A stretch of DNA of 64,000 nt from an uncultured Prevotella sp. (GTDB lineage: Bacteria; Bacteroidota; Bacteroidia; Bacteroidales; Bacteroidaceae). Location of the stretch: NCBI GenBank assembly GCA_937906495.1, contig CALCVT010000140.1:7664-71663 (forward strand), written 5' to 3'. A program made the translations under genes and the position numbers. This document shows positions 62,064 through 64,000 of the stretch, piece by piece. Below the pieces are notes generated by a model. The model did no database searches and had not been told where the DNA came from. It saw nothing but the letters and a program-made list of their open reading frames with translations. Position 1 is the stretch's first letter; the number at the start of each line of letters is the position of its first letter.

Positions 62064-62933
62064 ATGAACAAAATATGTTGTATCGGGCACATCACGCTTG
62101 ACAAAATCATCACACCCCACTCCGAAGTGTTTATGCCGGGAGGCACTGCCTACTACTTTGCACACGCCATGTACCACCTGAATGGCGGACGCAACTTTCA
62201 GCTCATCACCTCGCTTGCCCCTACCGAAATGGCTCCGGTTGACGAACTGCGCAAATGGGGTGTTGACGTAAAGGTGATACCCTCGCGCCACACCGTATAC
62301 TTTGAAAACAAATACGGAGAAAACTCTAACAACCGCAGCCAGCGCGTACTGGCCAAAGCCGACCCTTTCAGAGCCGAAGACTTGGAGAACACCGATGCTT
62401 CAATATATCATCTTGGCTCGCTATTAGCCGACGATTTTCCGCTCAACGTAATTACGAGTTTAAGCAAGCGCGGAGTGGTAAGCGTCGACTCGCAAGGCTA
62501 CTTGCGCGAAGTACGCGACCAGTCTGTTTATGCCGTTGACTGGCACGAAAAGCACCAGGCTCTACGCCACATTGATGTGCTGAAGGTAAACGAATACGAA
62601 ATGGACGTGCTCACCGGACAGAGCGACCCGCATGACGCTGCCTTACAACTGGCCGAATGGGGCGTAAAGGAAGTGTGCGTTACATTGGGTAATTTTGGCT
62701 CCGTTGTGCTTGAAAACGACCACTTTTACGACATTTGCGCCTACCCGCCCAAACAACTTGTTGACGCTACAGGTTGTGGCGACACCTACTCAACAGGCTA
62801 CTTATATATGCGTGCGCGTGGTGCCAACCCGGGCGAAGCCGGACGCTTTGCCGCAGCCATGTCGACACTTAAACTTGAAGCATCAGGACCATTTGCACGT
62901 ACTGAAGACGATATTTGGCGCCTCATCCGATAA
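62064..62933 (+). CDS. PfkB family carbohydrate kinase
   Basis: 289 aa with the ribokinase-family signature DATGCGDTYSTGY. Confidence 0.85.
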   Translation: MNKICCIGHITLDKIITPHSEVFMPGGTAYYFAHAMYHLNGGRNFQLITSLAPTEMAPVDELRKWGVDVKVIPSRHTVYFENKYGENSNNRSQRVLAKADPFRAEDLENTDASIYHLGSLLADDFPLNVITSLSKRGVVSVDSQGYLREVRDQSVYAVDWHEKHQALRHIDVLKVNEYEMDVLTGQSDPHDAALQLAEWGVKEVCVTLGNFGSVVLENDHFYDICAYPPKQLVDATGCGDTYSTGYLYMRARGANPGEAGRFAAAMSTLKLEASGPFARTEDDIWRLIR

Positions 62934-62961
62934 CGGAAGCCCCCTGCAATTCTACTGTTCA

Positions 62962-63013
62962 AAACGAATCAACACCCCGTGTAAAAGCATTTACACGGGG
63001 TGTTGATTCGTTT
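62962..63013. terminator. Bidirectional terminator: 24-bp perfect inverted repeat between convergent genes
   Basis: AAACGAATCAACACCCCGTGTAAA-AGCA-TTTACACGGGGTGTTGATTCGTTT. The arms begin with AAA and end with TTT. Confidence 0.7.
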
Positions 63014-63020
63014 ACACTGC

Positions 63021-63329
63021 TTAGCGCTGTAGCAAATGCTTAATGGCCAATATGGGATGGTAGAGCATCATCCTGGGGCCGGAATAACGCATCACTGCAG
63101 CTATGCGCTCTTTCATGTCGGGCCGATAACAATGTATGGGGCAACGCTTGCAAGCAGACTTATCCTCGGCAAATTTACAGCGTTCCAACCTTCGGTGTGC
63201 ATAAGCCAACAACTCCTGACAATCAGCACAGAGCGTGTGCTTCGGACAGTGGTGCTTATGCCTGCAAAAAATGCCTATCATATAGGCTACCGTCTGCTTT
63301 TCGGCTTCGATACGCGACTTGGTTTTCAT
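63021..63329 (-). CDS. Cys-rich small protein, nitrous-oxide-stimulated promoter (YgbA-like) family
   Basis: 102 aa with eight Cys in CxxxxxC, CxxC and CxxCxxxC spacing (FCRHKHHCPKHTLCADCQELL...CKRCPIHCY). The family assignment is from memory. Confidence 0.65.
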   Translation of the reverse strand: MKTKSRIEAEKQTVAYMIGIFCRHKHHCPKHTLCADCQELLAYAHRRLERCKFAEDKSACKRCPIHCYRPDMKERIAAVMRYSGPRMMLYHPILAIKHLLQR

Positions 63330-63334
63330 TCAAA

Positions 63335-63991
63335 CTACTTTGCTGATGCCTTTTTGCCTCGGCTGACAAACCAAGCTACGGCCACCAGCACACAAAATGC
63401 CACTGTAATGGCAACCATCTCGGCCACATGATTCATAGGGTCGACCCATACCTCCTGGAACAAGCCGTTACGGGCAACTACCTCGATAAACGTCCAGAAT
63501 ACAATAACCGTTGCTACCGACATACGCAAGTTTCGTCCCCACGTAGCCATATACAGCTGTTTGCGGAACATAAAGAACGAACCGATTAAGCAACCTAAAG
63601 CTACCAGCAGCGTTATGGGATGGCGCTCACCGAGAAATACCGGATCGTAGCAGAACATTAACAGCAAATAGAGCGACCACAACATCATATTCAGCTCCAG
63701 GAAGGTAACCATCGACGAGTGGTGTGCCATGGGGCGCAACTCCACCTTTTGCTTGATGCAGCACACATCCTGAATCCACATGATAAACTTACATCCCGAA
63801 CGGGTGCAGAAAATATAAAGCATCATGAACATCATCCACATGCCAAAGGTAGCGGGCATGATAAGGTATTCAGGACGCGAACCTATAATTTCTTTCAGTT
63901 CCGGGCGGCTATACGAGTCAAGGGGCAAGCCATTAATCAAATGAGTTTGTGCTACTGCTATGCCGTTGGCATACTGGGTTGTAGTTTGCAC
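63335..63991 (-). CDS. Polytopic membrane protein of unknown function (5' end may lie beyond the window)
   Basis: At least 218 aa with about 5 hydrophobic helices. It ends 5 nt upstream of the YgbA-like gene. There is no stop codon between the Met at 63991 and the window edge. Confidence 0.45.
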   Translation of the reverse strand: MQTTTQYANGIAVAQTHLINGLPLDSYSRPELKEIIGSRPEYLIMPATFGMWMMFMMLYIFCTRSGCKFIMWIQDVCCIKQKVELRPMAHHSSMVTFLELNMMLWSLYLLLMFCYDPVFLGERHPITLLVALGCLIGSFFMFRKQLYMATWGRNLRMSVATVIVFWTFIEVVARNGLFQEVWVDPMNHVAEMVAITVAFCVLVAVAWFVSRGKKASAK

Positions 63992-64000
63992 GATACCCGA

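Overview
This window reads as a Bacteroidales chromosomal segment. Supporting evidence is a SusC/SusD pair, TAnnTTTG -7 promoter boxes, no Shine-Dalgarno use, and two proteins with type IX secretion (T9SS) C-terminal sorting domains. About 46 CDS and one tRNA-Leu(CAA) can be supported. Most are core housekeeping genes in synteny blocks I recall as conserved in Bacteroidales: metK-LOG-DUF4271-hemD-rnpA-yidD-tatD-tyrS, dapB-lepB-lepB'-wbqC, U32-HAD-ribF-CPBP-dusB, gyrB, deaD, dprA, mnmG, apt, uvrC-dtd-mazG-deoC, ispB-like and polA. The accessory content is an N-glycan theme. It comprises a susC/susD locus with a T9SS-tagged GH85 endo-beta-N-acetylglucosaminidase and an orphan lipoprotein, a convergent giant GH2 beta-galactosidase, and a separate GH130-GH92 operon near a mannose-1-phosphate guanylyltransferase. 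I saw no rRNA, CRISPR array, integrase or transposase, and no recognisable defence, toxin-antitoxin or restriction genes. I found no compelling evidence for a wholly new multi-gene system. The observations most worth follow-up are: (1) the regulator-less, T9SS-coupled GH85 PUL with palindromes over its promoter; (2) a lepB paralog that has lost both catalytic dyad residues; (3) a 1090-aa T9SS adhesin-like protein; (4) two promoter-plus-terminator modules that look like about 65-80 nt sRNAs; (5) five phased 21-nt tandem repeats in a convergent spacer; (6) an ORF-free AT-rich spacer of about 0.6 kb; (7) strongly G-depleted intergenic tracts. All family calls come from motif recognition by eye. 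No searches or computations were run.
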